This document shows positions 13,441 through 23,682 of a stretch of 64,000 bases of DNA, piece by piece (within the stretch, counting starts at the first letter, position 1; each line of letters starts with the position of its first letter). The notes under the pieces were generated by a model. It was not told the DNA's origin and made no database searches. It was given only the letters and a program-made list of their open reading frames with translations. The translations under genes and the position numbers were made by a program. Source of the DNA: Heterodontus francisci (taxonomy: Eukaryota); the NCBI RefSeq assembly GCF_036365525.1, contig NC_090379.1:50216500-50280499 (forward strand). Reading direction: 5' to 3'.

Positions 13441-15654
13441 TAGAGTCATAGAGTCATAGAGTTATACAGCACAGAAACAGGCCCTTTGGCCCATCGTGTC
13501 TGTGCCGGCCATTAAGCACCTATCTATTCTAATCCCTTTTTCCAGCACTTGGCCCGTAGCCTCATATGCTATGGCGTTTCAAGTGCTCATCTAAATACTT
13601 CTTAAATGTTGTGAGAGTTCTTGCCTCTATCACCCCTTCAGGCAGTGTGTTCCAGATTCTAACCACCCTCTGGGTGAAAAAACTTTTCCTCAAATCCCCT
13701 CTAAACCTCCTGCCCTTACCTTAAATCTATGCTCCCTGGTTATTGACCCCTCCACTAAGGGAAAATGCTTCCTCTTATCTATCCTATCAATGTGCTCATA
13801 ATTTTGTATACCTCAACCAGGTCCCCCCTCAGCCTTCTCTGCTCTAAGGAAAACAACCCTAGCCTATCATAGAAACATAGAAAATAGGAGCAGGAGTAGG
13901 CCATTCGGCCCTTCTGGCTAGCTCCACCATTCAAAAAAGATCATGGCTGATAGTCTAATTCAATACCCGGTTCCTGCTTTTTCCCCATATCCCTTGATCC
14001 CTTTGGCAATAAGAAATATATCTATCTCCTTCTTGAATATATTTAATGATTTGGCCTCCACTGCCTTCTACGGTAGAGAATTCCACATGCTCACCAGCCT
14101 CTGAGTGAAGAAATGTCTCCTCATCTCGGTTCTAAATGGCATACCCCATATCTTAAGACTGTGACCCCTGGTTCTGGACCCCCGCCCCCCCCATCCCCTC
14201 AGCCATCGGGAACATTCTCCCTGCATCTAGCCTGTCTAGTCCTGTTAGAATTTTATAGGTTTCTATGAGATCCCCTCTCATTCTTCTAAACTCTAGTGAA
14301 TATAGGCCTGGTTGACCTAATCTCTCCTCATACGTCAATCCTGCATCCCAGGAATCAGCCTAGCAAATTTTCTTTGCACTCCCTCCATAGCAAGAACATC
14401 CTCCCTCAGATAAGGAGACCAAAACTGCACACAATACTCCAGACATGGTCTCACCAAGGCCCTGTATAACTGCAGTAAGACATCCTTGCTCCTGTACTCA
14501 AATCCTCTTGCAATGAAGGCCAACATACCATACCATTCGCCTTCCTAATTGCTTGCTGCACCTGAATCCAGTCTCTCCTCATAGCTGAAATGCTCCAGCC
14601 CAGGCAACATCCTGGTGAATCTGCTCTGCACCCTCTCCAGTACAATCACATCCATGACCAGAACTGTACACAGTACTCCAGCTGTGGCTTAACTAGCGTC
14701 TTATACAGCTCCATCATAACCTCGCTGCTCTTATATTCTATGCCTCGGCTAATAAAGGCAAGTATCCCATATGCCTTCCTAACCACCTTATCTACCTGTG
14801 CTGCTGCCTTCAGTGATTTATGGACAAGTACACCAAGGTCCCTCTGACCCTCTGTACTTCCTAGGGTCATACCATCCATTGTATATTCCCTTGCCTTGTT
14901 TGTCCTCCCAAAATGCATCATCTCACATTTCTCAGGATTAAATTCCATTTGCCACTGCTCCGCCGATCTTACCAGCCCATCTATATCATCCTGCAATCTA
15001 AGGCTTTCCTCCTCACTATTTACGACACCACCAATTTTAGTGTCATCTGCAAACTTACTGATCATACCTCCTATATTCACTTATAAATCATTAATGTACG
15101 CTACAAACAGTAAGGGTCCCAGCACCGATCCCTGCGGTACACCACTGGTCACAGGCTTCCAATCGAAAAAACAACCATCGACCATCACCCTCTGCCTCCT
15201 GCCACTTTGCCAATTTTGCATCCAATTTGCCAAATTGCCCTGGATCCCATGGGATCTTACCTTCTTAACCAATCTCCCATCGGAACCTTATCAAAAGCCT
15301 TACTGAAGTCCACGTCAACTGCTTTACCCTCACCTACACATCTAGTCACCTCCTTGAAAAATTCAAGTTTGTTAGACAGGATTTCCCCCTGACAAAGCCA
15401 TGCTGACTATCCCTGATTAGTCCCTGCCTCTCCAAGTGGAGATTAATCCTGTCCCTCAGAATTTTTTCCAATAGTTTCCCGACCACTGATGTAATACTCA
15501 CTGGCCTGTAATTACCTGGTTTAACCCTGCTACCCTTCTTGAATAATGGTACCACATTTGCTGTCCTCCAGTCCTCTGGTACCTCTCCTGTGGCCAGAGA
15601 GAGTTTGAAAATTTGTGTCAGAGCCCCTGTTATCTCCTCCCTTGCCTCACATAA
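13441..15654 (-). mobile_element. 5'-truncated CR1 LINE (RT domain to tail)
   Basis: ORFs with [40 protein letters not shown] and LEYCVQFWS, plus a (ctctatga)n tail at 13441-13461. Confidence 0.95.
13869..14565 (-). mobile_element. Second CR1 subfamily 3' fragment nested in the first
   Basis: Own (ttctatgt)n tail. ORFs 14153-14338 and 14335-14526. The host CR1 reads contiguously across it with atc on both sides. Confidence 0.9.
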
Positions 15655-15772
15655 TAGTTTTTTAAAAGTTAAATGTAGGATCCCAGTTTTCTTTTTTAAA
15701 AGTTATTGTAGGTTTCCAACCGATGCATTAAAAAGTCCAATTCAGCATTGTATGTTTTCCTGGCAATATAAA

Positions 15773-17762
15773 TAGTAAAAGCGAAGTAAGGTGAGGGATC
15801 GGGCCAATTAGGGACCAAAAAGGAGACCTACAGATGGAAGCAGAGGGCATGACTGAGGTACTAAATGAAGTTAAGATACTAGATGGGCTAAAAATTGATA
15901 AAAGAGCAGGTATTAGAAAGCTGACTCTACGGGCTAGATTTTATTAGTGCGTTGCGCTCCGCGGTGGCACACTGTGCAAGCAGCAGACTTCCAACACGGA
16001 AAGGCCGAAGCACAGCCCCCATGATATTATGCGCCTCCCCCGATGATGTAGAGGGGGCAGCCGTCGCGTTCCTGGCAATGACATCCGGTGCCACCGCGCA
16101 GGCACCAGCACCATTTTTAAAGGGCTTCAAGCCCTGACAGCTGATTTACAATTTTAAAGGGACCAGCACTTTAATTGTTAATCCAACCATTAAATTCAAC
16201 ATGAAAGCACTACTTCCATCCCCCAATGGTCATAAAATAAATTTATTTCCCTCTCCCCGCTGATAAACCATTACTGACAATCCTGACCTTTAAACCCCAA
16301 ACTTTGCACTCTTTGCCCATCAACCCCTTCCCACCATCCCCACAGCCAATAAAAAATGTTGTCCCTGCTCCTACACCCCTCCCACCCTCAAAATTTTATT
16401 ACTCCCCCTCCTCACCAGGTTCTCGCCTCGGAACTCCATACGGAGTTCCAAAGGCACACAAGCTGCATTCGGCTGCGGTAAAATCGGCATGGGATGGCTG
16501 CCACCTGCAGGTAAGTTTATTTGCATATCATTTAGGTTGATTTAAATATGCAGATGAAGGCCCCTCCGCCAGGCAGCAGAAGGGGGCGCACTGAGGGCCC
16601 CCGCTGCCGGTAATATGCAGCGGGCCCTTCTCGACATTGTGGGTTGAGGCGGGCCTGTCTCTGCAGAATTTTACTGGCCCCTTCCCCCCCGCTGCGACCC
16701 ATGGCATCGAGGGGCTGGTAAAATTCAGCCCTACATAAAATTGATAAGGCACCAGGACTGGATGAGATGCATCTGAGGATGCTGAGGGAAGAAAAGGTGG
16801 AAATCGAAGAGGTACTGGCTGCTATCTTCCAATCCTCCTTATATATGGGGGTGGTGCCAGAGGACTGGAGAATTATAAATGTTACACCCTTCTTCAAAAA
16901 ATGGTCTAAGGATAAGCCCAGCAACAACAGACCACTTAGTTTAACTTTGTGAGTGGGAAAGCTTTAAGAAATAATAATCAGGGACAAAATTAAAGTCTTT
17001 TGGACAAGTGTGGATTAATTAAGGAAAGCCAGCACAGATTTGTTAAAGGCTAATTTTGATTAATTAACTTGATTGACTTTTTTAATGAGATAACAGAGAG
17101 GGTTGATGAGGGTAATGTGGTTAATGTGGTGTGCGTGAACTTCCAAAAACAGTTTGATAAAATGCCACATAATAGGCTTGTCAGCAAAGTTGAAGCCCGT
17201 GGGATAAAAGGGAAAATGGCAGCATGGATACAAAGTTAGCTGAATGACAGGAAACAGAGAGTAGTGATGAACAGTTATTTTCCAGACAAGAGGAAGGTAT
17301 ACAGTGGTGTTCCCCATGGGTCAGTACTAGGACCGCTGCTTTTCTTGATCAATATTAATTGACTTAGACCTGGGTGCACAGGGCACAATTTCAAACTTTG
17401 CAGATGACATAAAACTTGGAAGTATTATGTGAGGAGGTAGTGATAGACTTCAAGAGGACATAGATGGGCTGGTGGAACAGGCAGACACATGGTGGATGCA
17501 ATTTAATACAGAGAAGTGAAAAGTGTTGCATTTTGGTAAGAAGAACGAAGAGAGGCTAAACTAAAGGTTCAATTCTGTAGTGGTTACAGGAACAGGGAGA
17601 CCTGGAGTATATGTGCACAAATTGTTGAAGGTGACAGGGCAAGTTGAGAAAGTCGATAAAAAGGCATATGGAATCCTGAGCTTTATAAAAAGGGACATTG
17701 AGTGCAAAAGCAAGGAAGTTCCGATGAACCTTTATAAAACTCTGATTTGTCCTCAACTGGAG
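15773..17762 (+). mobile_element. Degenerate CR1 ORF2 fragment interrupted by a MITE
   Basis: VPEDWRIINVTPFFKK, FADD region at ~17397 and KAYGILSFIKR, with many stops and frameshifts. Confidence 0.9.
15931..16731. mobile_element. Non-autonomous PIF/Harbinger element (801 bp)
   Basis: TIRs GGGCTAGATTTTA / TAAAATTCAGCCC (11/13 match) and 3-bp TSD TAC (15928-15930, 16732-16734). The CR1 is contiguous across it. Confidence 0.85.
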
Positions 17763-18314
17763 CTCATCTGTTGCTGAAACCCTCATCCATGCCTTTGTTA
17801 CCTCTAGATTTGACTATTCCAATTCACTCCAGGCTGACTTTCCACATTCTACCCTCCATAAACTTGACCTCATGCTCATGTACTAATTCGCACCAAATCC
17901 TGTTCACACATCACTCCTGTGCTCATTGAGCTACATTGGCTCCCGGTTAAGCAACACCTAATTTTTAAAATTCTCATCCTTGTTTTCAATTGCCTCCATG
18001 ACCTCGCCTCTCCCTATCTCTGTAATCTCCACCAGCCCTACAACACTCCGAGCTGTCTGCGCTCCTCTAATTCTGGCCTCTTGAGCATCCCTGATTTTAA
18101 TCACTCCAAAATGGCGGTCATGCTTTCAACTGCCAAGGCCCTAAGCTCTGGAATTCCCTCTCTAAACCTCTTTACTTCACTTTCCTCTTTTAAGATGCTC
18201 CTTATAGGAAACTCTTTGACTAACCTTCTGGTCATCCGCCCTAATATCACCTTATGTGGCTCAGTGTTTGATAATGCTGCTGTGAAGCACCTTGGGACAT
18301 CTTACTACATTAAA
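17763..18314 (+). mobile_element. L2 LINE 3' fragment
   Basis: AETLIHAFVTSRFDYSN and LIELHWLPVKQHLIFKILILVF are L2 ORF2 C-terminal motifs. L2 tail tgtgaagcaccttgggac. Confidence 0.9.
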
Positions 18315-19302
18315 TGCTGCATTAACATCTCACACTGAAGAGTGTCTGCAGAGACTCATCGACAGGATTGCGGCTGCCTGCAATGAATTTGGCCTAACCA
18401 TCAGCCTCAAGAAAATGAACATCATGGGACAGGACGTCAGAAATGCTCCATCCATCAATATCGGCGACCATGCTCTGGAAGTGGTTCAAGAGTTCACCTA
18501 CCTAGGCTCAACTATCACCAGTAACCTGTCTCTAGATGCAGAAATCAACAAGCGCATGGGAAAGGCTTCCACTGCTATGTCCAGACTGGCCAAGAGAGTG
18601 TGAGAAAATGGCACACTGACACGGAACACAAAAGTCCGAGTGTATCAGGCCTGTGTCCTCAGTACCTTGCTCTATGGCAGCGAGGCCTGGACAACATATG
18701 TCAGCCAAGAGCGATGTCTCAATTCATTCCATCTGCGCTGCCTCCAGAGAATCCTTGATATCAGGTGGCAGGACCGCATCTCCAACACAGAAGTCCTCGA
18801 GGCGGCCAACATCCCCAGCTTATACACACTACTGAGTCAGCGGTGCATGAGATGGCTTGGCCATGAGAGCCGCATGGAAGATGGCAGGATCCCCAAGGAC
18901 ACATTGTACAGCGAGCTCGCCACTGGTATCAGACCCACCAGCCGTCCATGTCCCCGCTTTAAAGCCATCCTCAAACGCGACATGAAGTCCTGTGACATTG
19001 ATCACAAGTCGTGGGAGTCAGTTGCCAGCGATCGCCAGAGCTGGCGGGCAGGCATAAAGGCGGGGCTAAAGTGTGGCGAGTCGAAGAGACTTAGCAGTTG
19101 GCAGGAAAAAATACAGAAGCGCAAGGGGAGAGCCAACTGTGTAACAGCCCAGACAACCAATTTTATCTGTAGCACCTGTGGAAGAGTCTGTCACTCTAGA
19201 ATTGACTTTTATAGCCACTCCAGGCGCTGCTTCACAAACCACTGACCACCTCCAGGTGCTTACCCATTGTCTCTCGAGACAAGGAGGCCAAAGAAGAAGA
19301 AG
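18315..19302 (+). mobile_element. RTE-clade LINE, 5'-truncated
   Basis: EFTYLGSTI, YQACVLSTLLYGSEAWT, RWLGH..RMEDGRIPK, C-terminal CSTCGRVCHSRIDFYSHSRRC zinc finger and (GAA)n tail. Confidence 0.92.
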
Positions 19303-19305
19303 ATT

Positions 19306-19423
19306 AATTAAATTTAAATCCCACCAGTTGCCATAGTGGAATTTGAACCCATGACCCCAGGGCATTAGCCTGTGCCTTTGGATTACTACTTTAGTCAAGT
19401 TACCACTCCACCACTATCTCCCC
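19306..19423 (-). mobile_element. tRNA-Leu-like SINE/LINE head fragment (same head as 43062)
   Basis: Reverse complement aligns to 43062-43185 (ggggagatagtggtggagtggtaac...catgggttcaaattccac...aattaat). Confidence 0.75.
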
Positions 19424-19549
19424 ATGTTCTGTTTAATTGCTCGGTTCTGTGTTTGTAAGACTGCTCACTATGCTGTCAGTCAACGCTGAGGGGACATGGT
19501 TCCAAAACTGAAATTAAGACAGACCCTGGCAGCCATCTTGAATAAAGCC

Positions 19550-19571
19550 CACACACACACACACACACACA
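19550..19571. repeat. (CA)n microsatellite
   Basis: About 11 CA units read directly. A similar tract lies at ~12786-12808. Confidence 0.9.
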
Positions 19572-19577
19572 AATCAA

Positions 19578-20063
19578 GGCTGGAATTTTACACACCCCCG
19601 GGGAGCAGGCTGGGAGACAGGGGCGAGGGCATGCGTAAAATTGAGTGGGAGGCACTGGCGCCTTTCTCATTGCCTCCCCGACCCCGCTGCTATTTTAGCA
19701 GTGGTGGTGGAGGTGACAAACGGCCGTTGGCCGCTGAACAATTAATTGCCACTTAAGGGCCTCCTCCAGCGCTGCTTCAGCATCTGAGGAGGCCACCAAA
19801 TATAACTAGCTGGGTGCAGTCACAGCAGTGGCCACTGTTCCTGCTGGCACTCCTGGGACTGAAGAGCTGCTGGGCCTCTGATTGGCTGGCAGCTGTTGGA
19901 GGCAGGACTTTATTCCTCAGAGGGGCGGAAGTCCCAACCAGGGCCAATTAAGGGCCCAGGCCGCATAAAATTGCTGGGTGGCTTCTAGACCCAGTGGAGG
20001 CAGGCCTGCCCTCCACCTTTTAGCTGGTGGGCGGGGCCACCGCCACATTGTAAGATTCCGGCC
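19578..20063. mobile_element. Non-autonomous PIF/Harbinger element
   Basis: TIRs GGCTGGAATTTTAC / GTAAGATTCCGGCC with a candidate 3-bp TSD CAA. Confidence 0.75.
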
Positions 20064-20104
20064 CAAGAGTCTAGTTTCTTCATGCTTGGGATACAAAATA
20101 TAAA

Positions 20105-21050
20105 AGTGCTGTCGAAGGAGCTTTGGCGAGTTGTTGCAGTGCATCTTGTTGATGGTGCACACTGCTGCCACTGTGCACCTGTGATGGAGGGATTGAATAT
20201 TTAAGGTTGGGATGGTGTGCTGATCAAGCTGGCTGCTTTGTCTTGCATGGTGTTGAACTTCCTGAGTGTTGTTGAAGCTATACTCTTCCAGGCAAGTGGA
20301 GAGTATTCCATCACACTCCTGACTTGTGCCTTGTAAACGGTGGACAAACTTTGGGGAGTCACGAGGTGAGTTACTCACTGCAGAATTCCCAGCCTCTGAC
20401 CTGCTCTTGTTGTCATAGTATTTATATAGCTGGTCCAGTTCAGTTTCTGGTCAATGGTAACCCCAGGATGTTGATGGTGGGGAATTCAGCAAAGATAATA
20501 CTATTGAACATCAAGGGGAGGTGATTAGATTCTCTCTTGTTGGAGATGGGCATTGCCTGGCACTTGTGTGGCCTAAATGTTACTTGCCACTTATCAGCCC
20601 AAGCCTAAGTGTTGTCCAGGTCTTGCTGTCTGTGGGCACAGACTGCTTCAATACCTGAGGAGTTGCGACTGGTACTGAACACTGTGCAATCATCAGAGAA
20701 CATCCCCACTTCTCACCTTATGTTGGAGGGAAGGACATTAATGAAGCAACTGAAGATGGTTGGCCTGAGGACACTACCCTGAGGAACTCCTTCAGTGATG
20801 TCCTGGGGCTTAGATGATTGGCCTCCAACAACCACAACCATCTTCCTTTGTGCTAGGTATTTTTCCAGCCAGCGGACGGTTTTCCCCCGATTCCCATTGA
20901 GTTCAATTTTGCTAAGGCTCCTTGATGCCACACTTGGTCAAATGCTGCCTTGGTGTCAAGGCCAGTCACTTTCACCTTACCTCTGGAACTCAATTCTTTT
21001 GTCCATGATTGGACCAAGGCTGTAATGAGGTCTGGAGCCAAGTGGCTCTG
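20105..21050 (-). mobile_element. Fragment of the tRNA-headed LINE family (RT region)
   Basis: APDLITALVQSWTKEL, AAFDQVWHQG and [18 protein letters not shown] are homologous to 45100-46030. Confidence 0.9.
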
Positions 21051-21832
21051 ATGAAATTTGTGAAAGCATTAGCAAATCCCTGTTTTGTGTAAGTACTACT
21101 CATCTCTAAATTTCAATATGTAAGTCTGTGACAGTAAGTGATGAACTAAAAAATATATTCTTCTTACTTGATCACAGTTTCATATAGAATATGCAGAATA
21201 GGGCATCATGCTGTATACTCCATGCCAGAGTAAAGTTGCCAGCCAGATTATGCTCTTAATGTTCAAGTCACTTTCCACTTCTATCAGTAATCATTATAGT
21301 CATATATTGTCGCAGGTGTCAAATAATTTGCCAGTTCGTTGACAGAAATTGACCTCGATCAGAATTTGGAACCCTTTTCTCCCCCAACGCCATTTCAGCA
21401 TATTCCTGTCCCACTGAAGTAAACCTCCAAAGGAACGGTCTTTTTAAAATACAGTCTTGCTTCTACTTAGCCTTTCCTTTATATTTGATAAATGAAAAAC
21501 TACAAGGGTGGATCGGTATTTCCACCAATTTTCCCACAGTAATCCTGTATCACCCTTTCAACAGCAAGTAAATAACACCAGCTTCACACTATAAGAAAAT
21601 TCTTTTAGCTGGTAACAACTTTTACTGTTAGATAAAAATCACTAATAGTTACACTTGTCTCACTTAGCATTTCTTGCCTACAATCTAAAGGTTCTTACAG
21701 CTCAAGTTTGGTATCACCGAATCAGTATTTCTTGATTTATCATCCCCTTCCCCACTATGTTCTGTTCACTTAATTGTTCCCTGTTGTGTGTTGCCCTGTT
21801 TTTCTTCTGCTCTGCTATTTGTGCCTTACTAC

Positions 21833-22027
21833 CAATGTTCCCTCTAAGCTGCACGGGTGTTCAGCCACGCAGCAATCGGGAAGGTATGGAGCAGGAAACA
21901 AACAGGCTGCACACAAGCAACGTTCCCTTTAAGATGGGTGCATGCACGGCCACGTGTCAATCTTAAATGGGCTGCGCAGTGCAACAAGCCGGCCATGCAC
22001 AGTAAACAGGAGTTAGAGGGAACATTG
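21833..22027. mobile_element. hAT-superfamily MITE (195 bp)
   Basis: Perfect 15-bp TIR CAATGTTCCCTCTAA / TTAGAGGGAACATTG and 8-bp TSD CTTACTAC / CTTACTCC (7/8). Confidence 0.88.
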
Positions 22028-22188
22028 CTTACTCCTGTCACTGTCCTGCTTCTCTCTCTCTCTTCTCCCTACTGCTCTCTGCTTTATTTTGTGAAGTTCC
22101 CGGATGGGAGCATTGGGACATGTAAATACACATTGGAGACATATCAAACTTGGATATTCAAATGCCTATACCGATATCCATCTGACTG

Positions 22189-22220
22189 CCAGTTCTGATG
22201 AAAAGTCATTGACCTGAAAC
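22189..22220 (+). mobile_element. Penelope terminal repeat with hammerhead core, split by a Harbinger (remainder ~24596-24628)
   Basis: cagttCTGATGAaaagtcattgacctGAAAc. The continuation tttccagcattatctgcttttat follows the right Harbinger TIR. Confidence 0.6.
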
Positions 22221-22952
22221 TTTGGCCGGAATTTTACCTTCTGAAGTTGGGTGTCCTCCGAGGCTGCTGAGCCAACAAATGATGGGCGATGATATCTTAC
22301 GCACGGCGGGCGAGATGGGAGGCGCCATTTGCCGTTGATTTACAACAATTAAGGGCCAGTTGAACTACTTGAAAATCCAATTCACAGCCATTTTACGCAG
22401 GCTAATGGGTTTGGTGGGGGGGGGGGGGGGGTGGCGGGGGGTGGAGGGCGGTGGTCGGGAACCCGGCAGCTTTAAAAGAGCAGTGTATCTGTGAAGGAGT
22501 TGGAGGTACTGGAATTTTCATTAATCTCTGTTAGATTTGTGCATTGATTGCAAGGTCAGGGCTGATATTGCTGCCTCTCCAGGGTTCACCTGAGTGAGTG
22601 AAACTGTTGGTAGGGCCACAGCATCAGTGATTTATCCTTTGTAGGGATGGGGGCTGCGAGTGCCTGTCCTTGCAGCAGGCAGCAAATAGCTGTCCTCATT
22701 ATATCTTTGGGAAACTGCAGCCATGGGAATTGTCCACCCTGGAGGCGGCTCCTCTAGTGAGGAAGAGAACGCCACAAGGAGGGACAGGAGGACAAGTGGC
22801 CAGGGAAACCAGCGACCTGCTGGCCAACTGCAGCCTGGTAATGGGGGAGGGGCAGAAGGTCACAGAGTGTGCCGGGAGCAACCACCTGTGAGGAGATGAG
22901 TCTACCCAGTAGGCACAGTCGACCGCCCGCGGTTGAGCTTTCTGCAGATGTC

Positions 22953-23142
22953 TTTTTTTTTTCTTTTTCTTTTTCTTTTTTTTTCACGTCAAGGGGGCCT
23001 TTATTCCTCAGGCCCCCTTTATATACATATTTACAGTTTTAAAATAATTTTATTAAAACCAGATAAATAAACAAAAAACTCAAATTAAAATGCCATTCTC
23101 GGCGTCAACGATGCACTCCAGTCCCTGCGGTGCCCACCGGTC
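22953..23142 (-). mobile_element. Tx1-like (L1-group) LINE extreme 3' end with poly(A)
   Basis: DRWAPQGLECIVDAENGILI* then AT-rich 3'UTR and a ~33 nt A-rich tail, with gtc on both flanks. Clade assigned from a recalled C-terminal motif. Confidence 0.65.
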
Positions 23143-23381
23143 AGAGCACCAGTGCTGCAGAAGACTGCACCTATCCTGAGAGACTGTCACATCTCTGTGT
23201 GAGATGATGGCAGCAGAGGTCACATCCAACTGTGTGGGTGGCCATCCAAAGCCGGTCGCACTAAAGGTCACAGTCGCTCTGAACCTCTATGCTTCAGGCT
23301 CCTTCCAGGCTTCCACAGGAGACATGTGCGGAATCTCACAGTCATCAGCACATCACTGTTTTAAGGTGGCAACTGATGCCA

Positions 23382-23682
23382 TTTTTTTTTATTTTAGAGA
23401 TACAGCACTGAAACAGGCCCTTCGGCCCACCGAGTTTGTGCCGATCATCAACCACCCATTTATACTAATCCTACATTAATCCCATATTCCTACCACATCC
23501 CCACACCTATACTAGGGGCAATTTACAATGGCCAATTTACCTATCAACCTGCAAGTCTTTGGCTGTGGGAGGAAACCAGAGCACCCGGCGAAAACCCACG
23601 CGGTCACAGGGAGAACTTGCAAATTCCGCACAGGCAGTACCCAGAATCGAACCCGGGTCGCTGGAGCTGTGAGGCTGCGGTG
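23382..23682 (-). mobile_element. HE1-type V-SINE (tRNA-derived, CR1 tail)
   Basis: B-box gggttcgattc, V domain gggtgctctggtttcctcccacagccaaagac and CR1-like tail ggtgggccgaagggcctgtttcagtgctgtatctcta. Confidence 0.9.

Larger units (their letters stand above)
12535..15770 (-). mobile_element. Probable solo LTR (12535-13440 and 15655-15770) split by a CR1 insertion
   Basis: Starts ttatgatcaggtgag, like shark Gypsy-type LTRs, with antisense AATAAA (gagtttattg, ~12721) and an internal (CA)n. The sequence resumes after the CR1 with agtt on both sides. No clean TG...CA ends or TSD. Confidence 0.5.

Noticed and set aside
22413-22455. Long G-run with G-quadruplex potential
   Set aside because: Homopolymer expansion inside a dead transposon with no evidence of function, and the run length may be error-prone.
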